21,827 bases of DNA from Chiloscyllium plagiosum (taxonomy: Eukaryota). The DNA lies in NCBI RefSeq assembly GCF_004010195.1, contig NC_057719.1, positions 35,745,092 through 35,766,918 on the forward strand. The letters are read 5' to 3'. A program made the translations under genes and the position numbers. A model generated the notes under the pieces. That model saw nothing but the letters and a program-made list of their open reading frames with translations, was not told the DNA's origin and ran no database searches. How positions within the stretch are numbered: the first letter of the stretch is position 1; each line of letters starts with the position of its first letter. Positions 1-9,905 of the stretch are shown here, in pieces.

Positions 1-1019
1 CAAACCATTCAGACACCCTGATGTCCTGAATCAAGAAAATCTATAACTATTGCACCAGCGTCATAATTAATTGTGCTACCCCTTCAACTTTACCTAGCTT
101 GCTATTCTTCTCAAATGCCATATGACAGTCACACGTAGGACCAAACCATAACATTATGCAGTCACGGCTCCAGAAGTTCTCTCAGATCACATTTATTTAC
201 TTTAATTTGCACTATCGATTCATTTACATTGTTATGAATGCTACGGGAATTTGATTGTGCCTTTTTGTTTCTTGCCAACATCTAGCCTCGACTGTCAGCG
301 TATTCTTAGGTCTACATTCTATGCACTTTTTTGCCACCTCTGGCCTTCATTACCGAAATTACTATTTGTTTTCTTGCCTTGACTCTATTCTTTGATTTGC
401 TATACCTACCCAAGTTTAATCCCTCATCCCCAGTGTTAAGCTTAAATCCCTCCCTACTTGCTTGATTGCGCAGTTTTCAGGAACACTAGTTCTACAACTG
501 TTCAAACTGACCCAGTCCCCACTTCCTCCAGTATGGATGTCAGTACTTTTTCCTCAGGTTGGACGCTTTTCTTAATTTAATTAATCACGGATGATGGGTA
601 TTCCCTTTAGAATTTTTCTTTATAGCAGAGACATACTTATTCTGAAATGTCCCCTTAAGTGTTGACCACAGTTTGTCTACTGACCTATTATCCAGCCAAC
701 TCCTCCCGTATAATCTTTGACCCTTGCATTCATTTCAGTAATCTTATGTGCCCTTTGCCAACTGATGTGGTTCAGGTAATGATTCAGCAATTAATATTTG
801 AAGTTCTCGTCTTCAGTTTTGTACATTTCTCCTTATACTGTCTAAACAGGACCTCTTCATTAGACCTACACCCATACAGTTGGTATCTACATGGATCATG
901 ATATCTGGATCCTCCCCACCCTTTCAAGTTCTTATCCCTCCCTGAGTAGATGTCCTGAAACCTGGCACTGGGTAGACAACATAGCCTTAACTTATATTCT
1001 TAGTGTGTAAATAGTGTGT

Positions 1020-1810
1020 AGGCCTATTTCTCTCTGGTCCTAGACTTCCCACAAAGGGAAATAGCCTCTCAGCATCTACAGAAACTCCCTACAGAGCAAG
1101 TGTCAACCTAGTGAACCTTCTCTGGACTGCAATTATATTTTTGCATACTTAAGGGCTCCAAAACTGCTCACAGTATTTTAGGTGTGGTCTAACAAGTGTC
1201 TTGTAAAGTTTTAGCAAAACTTCCCATTTTTATATTCAATTTCTTTTGCAATAAATGAAACATTTCATTTGCCTTCCCTACTAACGGAACTCGTATGCTA
1301 GCCTTTCATGATTATGCACAAGGACAGTCAAAATGTTTGTGCTTCAACTTTTCTCCCTTGAAGCAATATTTCATTCCTCTATTCGACCAGCCAAAGTGCA
1401 TAATGGCACATGATATTTCATCTGCCAAGTTTCTGATCACTCACTTAACCTGTCTATATCCCCAAGTAGGCTCACCACTTGTGTTTCCACCAGTTTTTGT
1501 GCCATCCACAAACATGTATATTCACTTCTGTTAGCCAAGTAATTTATGTATGTTGCAAATAAGCGTGGCCCCAGCACCAACCTCTGTAACATCTTGGTAT
1601 ACCATGGTTAGCTTATCTGCTTCCTAATGACAGGTTGCCATTGTGAAAATACTCCATTTATCTCAACTCTTATTGACTAGCCAATTGTCTATCCATGTCA
1701 ATACACTATTTCTGACAGGGTGGTCTATTAATTTTAATCAATTGGCCTTCCAAATATTACACCTACTAGGTCCCTTTTATTATCCAGCTTGTTAATTAAA
1801 AGAATTCTAA
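1020..1810 (-). mobile_element. Old, degraded CR1 LINE ORF2 (RT) fragment; continues beyond later insertions (~2361-2460, ~2820-2950, ~3065-3500)
   Basis: The reverse complement near 1495-1515 reads like a decayed FADDTK motif (gtttgtggatggcacaaaa). Surrounding sequence has CR1-like phrasing and no intact frame. Confidence 0.55.
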
Positions 1811-1812
1811 TA

Positions 1813-2358
1813 CAGGGGAACCTCGATTATCCGAAAATTGGATTATCCGAAGAGGATCTCGAAGTCCCAATAGAAACATTACATCAAAGACGTGTTTCCA
1901 GCAGTGAGCGCGTCTTTTATTTATAGTGATGAAACAGGCACCGTCTCCAAATGGCTGACATCCCACCCTCTCTCTCCCCACACTTTCCCTGGAGTTCTAC
2001 AGAGGGGTGCACCCTAACTCGCCTCTGGCTTCCCAGGAATAATCTCTCCAATATTGTCCTGTACAGGGCAAGAGTATGTGTGTGTGTCTGTGTGCGCTCG
2101 CTATTTGGAGACTTACCCCACAAAGGCAGAAATCTTGTTTTTAGTGTACAGTCCGGATTCCCCGGAGAGGGGCCGGGGGAGAGCAGTGGTGGAGGGCTGT
2201 GTTGGGGGCGAGGGCTCGCGTACTTTGTGCTGGGGGGGGGCCAGATTGGGGGCGGAGGATCACGCGCTGTGTGCTGGGGGCAGGGTTGGACGTTTGTGCG
2301 CTGCTGCAGTCTCCTGAATAGGGAGCAGACTTTAAAACTTTTAATAGAGTTTCCACTG
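1813..2358. mobile_element. Non-autonomous Tc1/mariner-pogo (Tigger-like) MITE
   Basis: The ends are TA|CAGGGGAACCTCGATTA and TAATAGAGTTTCCACTG|TA, imperfect terminal inverted repeats (14/17) with TA on both sides. GATTATCCGAA is repeated subterminally. The interior is GC-rich and non-coding, and it interrupts the CR1 fragment. Confidence 0.7.
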
Positions 2359-2466
2359 TAAACATGCCAGGTGAGATTTCCTCTTCATGAAGCCACAGTG
2401 ACTCGACTTGATTACATTAGACATTTCTAATTGCTCTATTACGGCCTTTAGAGTAGACTATCATAG

Positions 2467-2817
2467 GGGGAACGGTGGCTCAGTATTAGACTGCTGCCTC
2501 AGCGCCAGACACTTGGGTTCGATTCTAGCTTTGAGTGATTGTCTGTGTACAGTTTGCACACTCTCCCAGTGTCTGCGTAGATTTCCTCTTTGAGCCTAGT
2601 TTCCTCCCAAAGTCCAAAGATGTGCATGTTAGGTGAACTGGCCATGCTAAATTACCCATAGTGGCCACAGATGTATACACCTGGTGGATTAGCCATGGGA
2701 AATGCAGGATAATAGGGACAGGGTAGGTAGTGGGCCTGGGTGGATTCTCTTCAGAGGGGTAGGTGTGGACTCAATTGCCCAAATGGCCTGCTTCCATACT
2801 GTATGGATTCTATGATT
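2467..2817 (+). mobile_element. HE1-like V-SINE (tRNA-derived)
   Basis: A box TGGCTCAGT, B box GGTTCGATTC, central TCCAAAGATGTGCA.GTTAGG..GGCCATGCTAAATT core, and a CR1-like tail ending GATTCTATGA. Three related copies occur in the window. Confidence 0.8.
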
Positions 2818-2954
2818 AACTGGCCTAAAGTAACCTCTTGGTTGTCTTTTAAAATAAGATCATTACATTGGTAGTTTTTCAATCCTTTGTGACTTTTCTA
2901 GAATTGAAGGGTTACTACCAGTGCATCCATTGTCTTTGTAGGTGCATCCTTTAA

Positions 2955-3054
2955 AGTGATTCCTGATGAAGGGTTTTTGCCCGAAACGTCGATTTTCCTG
3001 CTCCTTGGATGCTGCCTGACCTGCTGTGCTTTTCCATTATCACTCTAATCTTGA
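2955..3054 (+). mobile_element. Short PLE-derived element (family A) with hammerhead motif and 10-bp TSD
   Basis: CATCCTTTAA occurs at 2945-2954 and 3055-3064. The body is shared with 7930-8142, 17011-17210 and 20047-20177. Confidence 0.8.
2959..2994 (+). ncRNA. Minimal type-I hammerhead ribozyme motif (family A)
   Basis: CTGATGA(2963-2969) A GGGT TTTT GCCC GAAA CG TC, with predicted cleavage after 2990. Stem I (attc/gatt) is weak. Confidence 0.65.
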
Positions 3055-3508
3055 CATCCTTTAACATCAGTCAAGTCCAGAGGATTAAGCCTTTAGCAGT
3101 TTCTGTAATATATTTTCCTCAAGTAATAGTTAGTGTTTATTAATAACAATAAAAGGATATTCTATATTCTTTTCTATTTCCTCTCACCCAGACCCCATTT
3201 TGCCACTTGATTTGGTATTTTTTGATTGGCAATCATGCATTCTACTGTGAAGACTGATGCAAAGTATTTAGTTAACTTCTCTGCCATTTCCTGGCTCCAT
3301 TATTATTTCCTGAACCTCAGTTTCTAAAAGGCCTAGGTTCACTTTAGGCTTTCTCTTTTTACATATTTAGATTTTACTATCTATTTTTATATTACTTGCA
3401 AGTTCACCTTAAAAGTTTACTTATTCCCTCTATTATTTTTGTTCCTCTTTAAAAACTTTCCCAATCCTGTGAATTAACAACTAACCTTTGCCCAGTGTAT
3501 GCATTATT

Positions 3509-3720
3509 TTAGAACATAGAACAGTGCTGCACAGGAATGGGTTCTTCAGCCCATGATGTTGTGCTGAACATGATGCCAAATTAAACTAATTCTTTCTGCC
3601 TTTAGTCCATATCCATCTATTTCTTGCACATTCATGTGCTTATCTAAAAGTCCCTTAAATGCCCCTATTCTATCTGCCTCCACTACCATCCCGGAGTGTG
3701 TCCAGGCTCCTACCTGCATT
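3509..3720 (-). mobile_element. CR1 LINE 3' end
   Basis: TAGAACATAGAACA tandem tail followed by the reverse complement of a CR1 3'UTR/ORF2 terminus resembling 8940-9130. Confidence 0.7.
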
Positions 3721-3759
3721 AAAAAAAAAGTTTGTAAAGTGCCTATTTTTAAGATGACA

Positions 3760-4071
3760 TTTTCCTCCCGTGCGACTATTTGTTCTTTCCAATCTGGTAG
3801 TTAGACACACTTTTGTTGTCATTCTCACATTCCAATCACATAATATGAACTAACAACATCCTTTCGTCCCTTGCGCTCCAACCACCACCTACCTCCTCTA
3901 ACTATTGCATAAATGCTGCTCTCTGTACACTTCATTTCAATTCTAATGAAGAGTCATCTAGACTTGAAACATTAACTTGCTTTCTCTCCATGGGTGCTGC
4001 CTGACCGCTGTGATATCCTGCAATTTTTGTTTCCAATACAGGTTCCAGCAACTGCAGTAATTTGCTCCTAC
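3760..4071 (+). mobile_element. Decayed PLE terminal repeat with degenerate hammerhead (3940-3977)
   Basis: CTAATGA A GAGTC ATCTA GACTT GAAA CATT followed by the TGCTGCCTGACC motif shared with family A. The left boundary is approximate. Confidence 0.55.
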
Positions 4072-4199
4072 CCTCTCCTTCCTGCCTGTCCTTTCAAAGT
4101 CATCTATTCCTGAATATTTAGATCCAAGCACTTATCTTCTTGCAATCAATACATAACTAACACAATGGAGGCTTGTGATTATTGGAGATCAATAATCTA

Positions 4200-4460
4200 A
4201 GTTACAGGATAATCATCACAGGAATTCCTCAGGAATTCCAAACACTTTGAGCTGCTTCAATGATCTTCCCTCCAACATAAAGTCAAAAGTAGGGATGTTG
4301 ATTCATCATTGTCCAACATTCAGCACCATCTGCGGCTCCTCAGACACTGAAGCCGTTGATGTCCAGCTATGTGAGCTCCAGGCATTGATCATTTTGAACA
4401 GGAGAAAGTTTCACCATCATCCTTTGTCATTCAATGGTATTACCATGCTGAATCTCCCTG
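4200..4460 (+). mobile_element. CR1/L2-clade LINE RT fragment
   Basis: ORF 4247 begins SCFNDLPSNIKSKVGMLIHHCPTFSTI, a decayed form of FINDLP..IRSEVGMFADDCT around the RT catalytic motif. Confidence 0.6.
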
Positions 4461-5073
4461 AACTTGGTGGTGCCGGTGTTGGACTGGGGTGGACAAAGTT
4501 AAAAATCACACAACACCAGGTTATAGTCCAACAGATTTATTTGGAAGCACTAGCTTTTGGAGCACCGCTCCTTTATCAGGTGGTTGTGGAGAATCAGATC
4601 ATGATCACAGAATGTATAGCCAAATTAGTCCACTGTTATGGAGATGTGATACATTAAACAATTTCAGATCAAATCTTTCTTCTTTTAGAATGGGATATGC
4701 TGGTTTCTGTTGTTGGATATGTAAATCCCAGAACTTCTTTTAAATTGGATTCTCAAGATAGCCCAACTTTTGTAACAATAGGTGTGAAGTCTGTCTGTGT
4801 CCCAATGTCGAGTCAGATTGACAAGTCCTCTGCACAGTTTTACATGGATTCATGCAGTCTTTGAGCAAAATAAAATGTAAATCTGGAAAAACAAGTTGAC
4901 CCCATAAACCTATATGCATGCATGTATAGCAGCGACAGAGTGAGTGTGAGAAAGAGAGAGAGAGAGAGACACAGACAGACTTCACACCTATTTGGAGGTG
5001 CCGATGTTGGACTTGGGTGTACCAAGTTAAAAATCACAACACCGGGTTATAGCCCAATAGGTTTATTTGGAAA

Positions 5074-5109
5074 CACTAGCTTTCAGAGCGCTACCTCCTT
5101 CATCAGGTG
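5074..5109 (-). ncRNA. Minimal type-I hammerhead ribozyme motif (family B), intact core
   Basis: Minus strand: CAC CTGATGA A GGAG GTAGCG CTCT GAAA GC TA GTG. Stem I is CAC/GTG and stem III is palindromic AGCT. Confidence 0.7.
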
Positions 5110-5959
5110 GCTGTGGAGTACAAGATTGTTAAGTCTCTCATCTTTTAGAATGTCAATGTTGGTTTCAGTTCTTTCATCTGTAAATCCCAGAACTTTTTTT
5201 TAAAAAGTTACATTCCCAAGTGAACTTTAACAATAAGTGCCATGCCGTCTCAGATAATGCATTGAAGGTGTGAGGTGCCCTGCGTGAAGTTGTCTGTGCC
5301 CCAATGTTCAAACTGATTCCATTTCTAAAAAAGGGGATGTACAGAACCTTACATGGGTTCATACAGTTTTTGAGCAAAATAAAATAATTCTGCAAGTACA
5401 AATTCACCCCACAAACGTGTGTGTGTGCGCGCGCGCACACACACGCGGGGAGGGGGGTACGAGTGTGAGAGTGTGTGTGTATATGTGTGTGAGTATGAGT
5501 GCAAAGGGGCATAAGTCTGTGAGAGGGTGCATGTGTGGGTGAGAGTATGGAAGTGTATGTGTGAGCATATGAGAGGGGGTCTGCAGGTGTGTATGGGTCT
5601 ATAGATGTGTGTGCGCGCATGTAGTGCGTGGAGTCACTTGTAGTGTGACATGAACCCCAAACCAGACCTTGGATTCATGTCACACTACAAGTGACTCCAC
5701 TGCACTACACACACTTCTACAGACCCATACACTCACACAGACCCTGCCATATGCTCACACATACACAGCCACACTCACACCCACTCACAGACTTCTATCC
5801 CTTAACACTCAATGCCCCCACCCCACACAGACAGACAGAAAGATACACACACACACACACCCCCCTTCAAATGGTGTGGAGGTGCCGGTGTTGGACTGGG
5901 GTGTAGAAAGATAAAAATCACACAAAACCAGGCTATAGTCCAACAGGTTTAATTGGAAG

Positions 5960-5994
5960 CACTAGCTTTCAGAGCCCTGTTCCTTCATCAGGTG
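5960..5994 (-). ncRNA. Minimal type-I hammerhead ribozyme motif (family B), intact core
   Basis: Minus strand: CAC CTGATGA A GGAACAGGGCTCT GAAA GC TA GTG. Stem II is weakened. Confidence 0.6.
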
Positions 5995-6572
5995 GTTGTG
6001 GACACCCGGATGAAGGAGTAGCGCTTCCAATTAAACCTGTTGGACTATAACTTGGTCTTGTGTGATTTTTAATTCTTTAAAGGATTATCTGAGACGACAT
6101 GGCACCTATTGTTAAAGTTCACTTGAGAATATAACTTTTAAAAAAATTTCTGGGATTTACACAAGAATGAACTGAAACAAACATGGCCATTTTAAAAGAT
6201 GAGAGACTTAAACAATCCAGGTCTTTTCAATATATCATTTCAGTTTCATCTGTGTGTAAACTTTTGCTATAAATTCCGTGTCTTACAATCTTATACTCCA
6301 CAACCACCTGATGAAGGAGCAGCACTCTGAAAACTAGAGCTTCCAAATAAAAACCTGTTGGACACTAACCTGGTATTGTGTGATTTTTAACTTTTCAAAC
6401 ATATTGTTTGGAAAGCGGAAGTTCTGGGATTTACATATCAAAGAACAGAAACCAGCATATCCCATTCTAAAAGATGAACGATTTGATCTAAAATTGTTTA
6501 ATGTATCACATCTCCATGACACTGAACTACTTTGGCTATAAATTCTGCGATCATGACCTGATTCTCCGCAAC

Positions 6573-6607
6573 TACCTGATGAAGGAGCAGCGCTCTGAAA
6601 GCTAGCC
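6573..6607 (+). ncRNA. Hammerhead motif (family B), core intact, stem I mostly lost
   Basis: TAC CTGATGA A GGAGC AGC GCTCT GAAA GC TA GCC, with a deletion just downstream. More decayed copies lie at 4548-4582 (-) and 6305-6339 (+). Confidence 0.5.
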
Positions 6608-6779
6608 TTGGACTATAACCTGATGTTGTCAGAATCCCCCCTAGAAAATAATCTAGGAAAACAAGGGTGGGTCTGGTAATTAATTATGAAACCAGGACAA
6701 AGGAGAAGGTTGATCCAACTTCAGGCAGCCAGGATGTGAGCACCACAATAGTAACCATATGGTACGATGAAATGTAAAA

Positions 6780-6995
6780 AGGAGAAAATGCAGAAGAGGT
6801 TTACCAGGATGCTGCGTGGATTAGAGCTATAAAACTAGGCAATAAAAACTCTGGATGGTGGAGACTGAAGAGAGACGGCAAAATTAAGAGAGACGGCAAA
6901 ATTAAGAGATGTGAAGATAGGGTTGATGGTCAGAATCTTCTGCCCCAGAGTTGAAATGTCCAATACTAGGGCAGCATTTTCTCAAGGGCCATACA
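6780..6995 (+). mobile_element. Degraded CR1 ORF2 C-terminal fragment
   Basis: GCAGAAGAGGTTTACCAGGATGCTG (QKRFTRML) and CAGAATCTT..CCCAGAGTTGAAATGTCCAATACTAG are homologous to 8655-8860. Confidence 0.65.
6868..6909 (+). repeat. Perfect 18-bp tandem duplication (2.3 copies)
   Basis: AAGAGAGACGGCAAAATT at 6868-6885 and 6886-6903, then AAGAGA. Confidence 0.9.
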
Positions 6996-7263
6996 GTTTG
7001 GATTATGTTTAAGTTTGAGTCTTTGGGCGTGGAGCTTGAATTTGCTGCCTTTTGAATCAGGTGAGATTTCTATCATCATGAGCCATGGTGGAATAAAGAG
7101 AGAAAAGGAGGTTACAAACAAATGAAGCAGCATACAGAAAACCAGCAACATGGCAATTCACACAGGTAACAGAAATAATTTCTGATTTTTCATGTACATT
7201 ACAGGAAATGTAAGAAGTTGATGTCTTCAGAATTAAACATAGAAGACTGAACAGAAGAAATAC

Positions 7264-7426
7264 CTTTCAAAGGTGGTAATTTTTGCAGCTCCCTGTTGTT
7301 ACTGATATTGAACCTGGAAGAACTCTGACGCTTTTCTTTCTTCACTACTGCTGTAGGTCCAGGAAACTTTATCTTTGTTAACTGTGTAGTTGGAGGGGTA
7401 CTATTGTTGGGCCTCTTGTTTGAGAT
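7264..7426 (-). CDS. PPP2R5C: Internal coding exon of a PP2A B56 (B') regulatory subunit, N-terminal arm: [54 protein letters not shown](D)
   Basis: On the minus strand the acceptor is tttttttttgtag|ATC (AG at 7428-7427) and the donor is AAAG|gtattt (GT at 7263-7262). The exon is 163 nt (54 open codons + 1 nt). The peptide matches recalled human B56gamma-long (..[27 protein letters not shown]) and B56delta ([42 protein letters not shown]). The family call is secure; the gamma-versus-delta call is about 65:35. Confidence 0.9.
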
Positions 7427-7929
7427 CTACAAAAAAAAATGTATTTGAGTCTTGAGAATTTTCATTGATGAACAGGCTAATGATTCAATGTCAAGATCTA
7501 TAAATTCTTTATAGTCCAAATCATTCACAGCATTTAAAATATTGCAGTTCTAATTGTTGTTCAGCTTGCCTTCTCAAAAGCTGCAACTTCTTTAAAGCAA
7601 ACTGACAGTAATTAACAGTTTTTAATTTCAATTGAAATTGAAGCTGATTTCAAGAATATTTCAAATGGTTGGAATGGAAACTAGTAAATGGCAATATTTT
7701 TAATTTTTCTAAAGGGAGGTCAAAACAGCATATCTAAAGTATGAAATCTAACATTAAAAAAGGCTTCATAAATGGTTCAGATCAGGTTAACATCTCCTAT
7801 GGTTATAAAATAAGTGAACATAATACTTTCTGGAATATAATAGATAAATATTTGTCTAAAATAAAGAAAAACTGTTTTCATCAAAACTTAGTACTGTTTG
7901 AAATTGAACAAGCTTTTAACATAGCTGAG

Positions 7930-8142
7930 GAGAAAGTGAGGACTGCAGATGCTGGAGATCAGAGCTGAAAATGTGTTGCTGGAAAAGCGCAGGTCAGGCA
8001 GCATCCAAGGAACAGGAGAATCGACGTTTCGGGCACAAGCCCTTCTTCAGGAAAGAAGAAGGGCTTGTGCCCGAAACGTCGATTCTCCTGTTCCTTGGAT
8101 GCTGCCTGACCTGCTGCGTTTTTCCAGCAACACATTTTCAGC
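7930..8142. mobile_element. Palindromic two-arm PLE family A insertion with 15-bp TSD
   Basis: The left arm (minus, to 8053) and right arm (plus, from 8055) are near-perfect reverse complements. TTTAACATAGCTGAG occurs at 7915-7929 and 8143-8157. Confidence 0.9.
8019..8053 (-). ncRNA. Minimal type-I hammerhead motif (family A), intact core, host-gene sense strand
   Basis: Minus strand: TTC CTGAAGA A GGGC TTGT GCCC GAAA CG TC GATT. The plus-arm copy lacks the first CT of the core. Confidence 0.65.
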
Positions 8143-8432
8143 TTTAACATAGCTGAGATCTACGAAACATTTCTTGCAGTGGCCCTTCTAAATGCTACCA
8201 AAAAGAATTAAAGCATACCAAAACTGCAATATGAAATATACTGACAAGAAACTTTCCAACAATTTGTTCTATATTTGCTGTCATATAATACAAATTTAAT
8301 ATTGACCAACTTAGATGAATATAACATTTGGAACATATGGCAGCAAATATAGATGAACTTAGACAAATCATGAAAATTACAGGAGGTTCAAGTTTACTTA
8401 ATTTTACTGTTAACCAGTAAATCTACCCAAAT

Positions 8433-9135
8433 ATGTTGGAGTGCAGGTTCATAGCTCCTTGAAAGTGGAGTCGCAGGTAGATAGGATAGTGAAGAGGGCG
8501 TTTGGTATGCTTTCCTTTATTGGTCAGAGTATTGAGTCCAGGAGTTGGGAGGTCAATTGCAACTGTACAGGACATTGGTTAGGCCACTGTTGGAATATTG
8601 CGTGCAATTCTGGTCTCCTTCCTATCGGAAAGATGTTGTGAAACTTGAAAGGGTTCAGAAAAGACTTACAAGGATGTTGCCAGGGTTGGAGGATTTGAGC
8701 TATAGGGAGAGACTGAACAGGCTGGGGCTGTTTTCCCTGCAGCGTAGGAGGCTGAGGAGTGACCTTAGAGGTTTACAAAATTATGAGGGGCATGGATAGG
8801 ATAAACAGACAAATTTTTTTTCCTAGGGTTGGGGAGTCCAGAACTAGAGGGCATAGGTTTAGGGTAAGAGGGGAAAGATATACAAGGGACATAAGGGGCA
8901 ACATTTTCACACAGAGGGTGGTACGTGCATGGAATGAGCTGCCAGAGGAAGTGGTGGAGGCTGGTACAATTGTAACACTTAAGAGGCATTTGGATGGGTA
9001 TATGAATAGGAAGGGTTTGGAGGGATATGAGCCGGGTGCTGGAAGGTGGGACTAGATTGGGTTGGGATATCTGGTCGGCATGTTGGGCCGAAGGGTCTGT
9101 TTCTATGCTGTACATCTCTATGACTCTATAACTAT
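8433..9135 (+). mobile_element. 5'-truncated CR1 LINE (ORF2 C-terminus + 3'UTR), frameshifted
   Basis: Consecutive ORFs give VHSSLKVESQVDRIVKRAFGMLSFI / LYRTLVRPLLEYCVQFWSP..LERVQKRLTRML / FTQRVVRAWNELPEEVVEAG. The tail is TCTATGACTCTA. Confidence 0.95.
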
Positions 9136-9172
9136 GTCCATTTTGTCATTTTTCATAAAAGCATTAAAAGTT

Positions 9173-9541
9173 TAGAATCACAAAATCTCTACAGGATGGA
9201 AAGATGACATTTGGCCCATCGGGTCCACACCGACCCTACAAACAGCATCCTGCCCAGACCTGTGCACAGCCCCAGTGCCCTGCCCTATCCCCATAACCCC
9301 ACAATTACCATAGCTAGTCCATCTAACTTGCACACCCCTGGACACTACAGACAATTTAGCATGGCCAATCCACCCAACCTGTATATCATTGTACTGTGGG
9401 GAGAAGCTGTAGCACATGGCAGAAACCCACACAGACAAGGGGACAATGTGCAAACTCGACACAAACGGTCATCCAAGGCTGGAATTGTACCTGGTCCTTA
9501 GCAGTGCAAGCAATGTTAATCACTGAGGCACCGTGCCACCC
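9173..9541 (-). mobile_element. HE1-like V-SINE
   Basis: Reverse complement of the 2467-2817 family (AATTTAGCATGGCCAATCCACC; CACTGAGGCACCGTGCCACC head). Confidence 0.8.
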
Positions 9542-9544
9542 TTG

Positions 9545-9905
9545 ATTTTTTAATACACTCACAGGATGTGGACATCAGTGGTTCGCCCAACATTTATTGC
9601 TCATCCCTAGTTGCCTTGAGAAGGGGCTAATGAGCTGCCTAATTGAACTGCTGCAGACAATTTGGTGTAGGTACACCCACAATGCTGTTCAGGAAAGTGT
9701 TCTAGAATTTTGACCAGAGACGCTGAAGGAGTAGTGATATATATCCAAGTCAGGTTAGTGAGTGGCTTGGACAGCATTTGCAGGTGCTGTTATCATCATG
9801 TTATCTGCTGCTCCTGTCTTTTTAGATAGTACAGGTCATGGATTTGGAAGATGCTGTTCAAGAAGCCTTTGTAAATTTCTGCATTGCATCTTGTAGATAC
9901 TACAC
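9545..9905 (-). mobile_element. CR1/L2-clade LINE 3' end; related plus-strand remnants at ~13930-14080, ~20600-20790 and ~21360-21550
   Basis: GGATGTGG..CATTTATTGCTCATCCCTAGTTGCCTTGAGAAGG..GTAGGTACACCCACAATGCT is the reverse complement of GCACTGTGGGTGTACCTA..CACCACCTTC..CACATCC found at the other sites. Confidence 0.6.

Larger units (their letters stand above)
4463..6630. mobile_element. Nested, palindromic cluster of PLE family B 3' ends
   Basis: The terminal unit GGTGCCGGTGTTGGACT..AAAAATCACACAACACCAGGTTATAGTCCAACAG..TTCATCAGGTGG is seen in minus orientation starting at ~4463, ~4992 and ~5877. Plus-orientation arms lie at ~5665-5860, 6003-6075, 6080-6392 and 6416-6630. A GIY-YIG ORF terminus DLGFMSHYK* lies at 5665-5694. 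Confidence 0.8.

Noticed and set aside
1951..2361. 136-aa ORF as a transposase
   Set aside because: It is a by-product of the GC-rich MITE interior, with no DDE or HTH features.
2467..2540. SINE heads as tRNA genes (also 16316 and 17996)
   Set aside because: There is no complete cloverleaf, and each continues into a SINE core and tail.
5174..5914. His/Thr-rich ORFs
   Set aside because: They are translations of CA/GT microsatellite-like sequence in the PLE 3' region.
4463..6630. Recurring ~120-bp units as a CRISPR-like or satellite array
   Set aside because: The units are in mixed orientation with irregular spacing in a vertebrate context, and are explained by nested PLE ends.
4450..6642. 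GAATCTCCCT / GAATCCCCCCT as the TSD of the nested cluster
   Set aside because: It needs a mismatch and an indel and is offset from the element end, so it is suggestive only.
7949..8152. Overlapping sense and antisense ORFs
   Set aside because: They are an artefact of the palindromic non-coding insertion.
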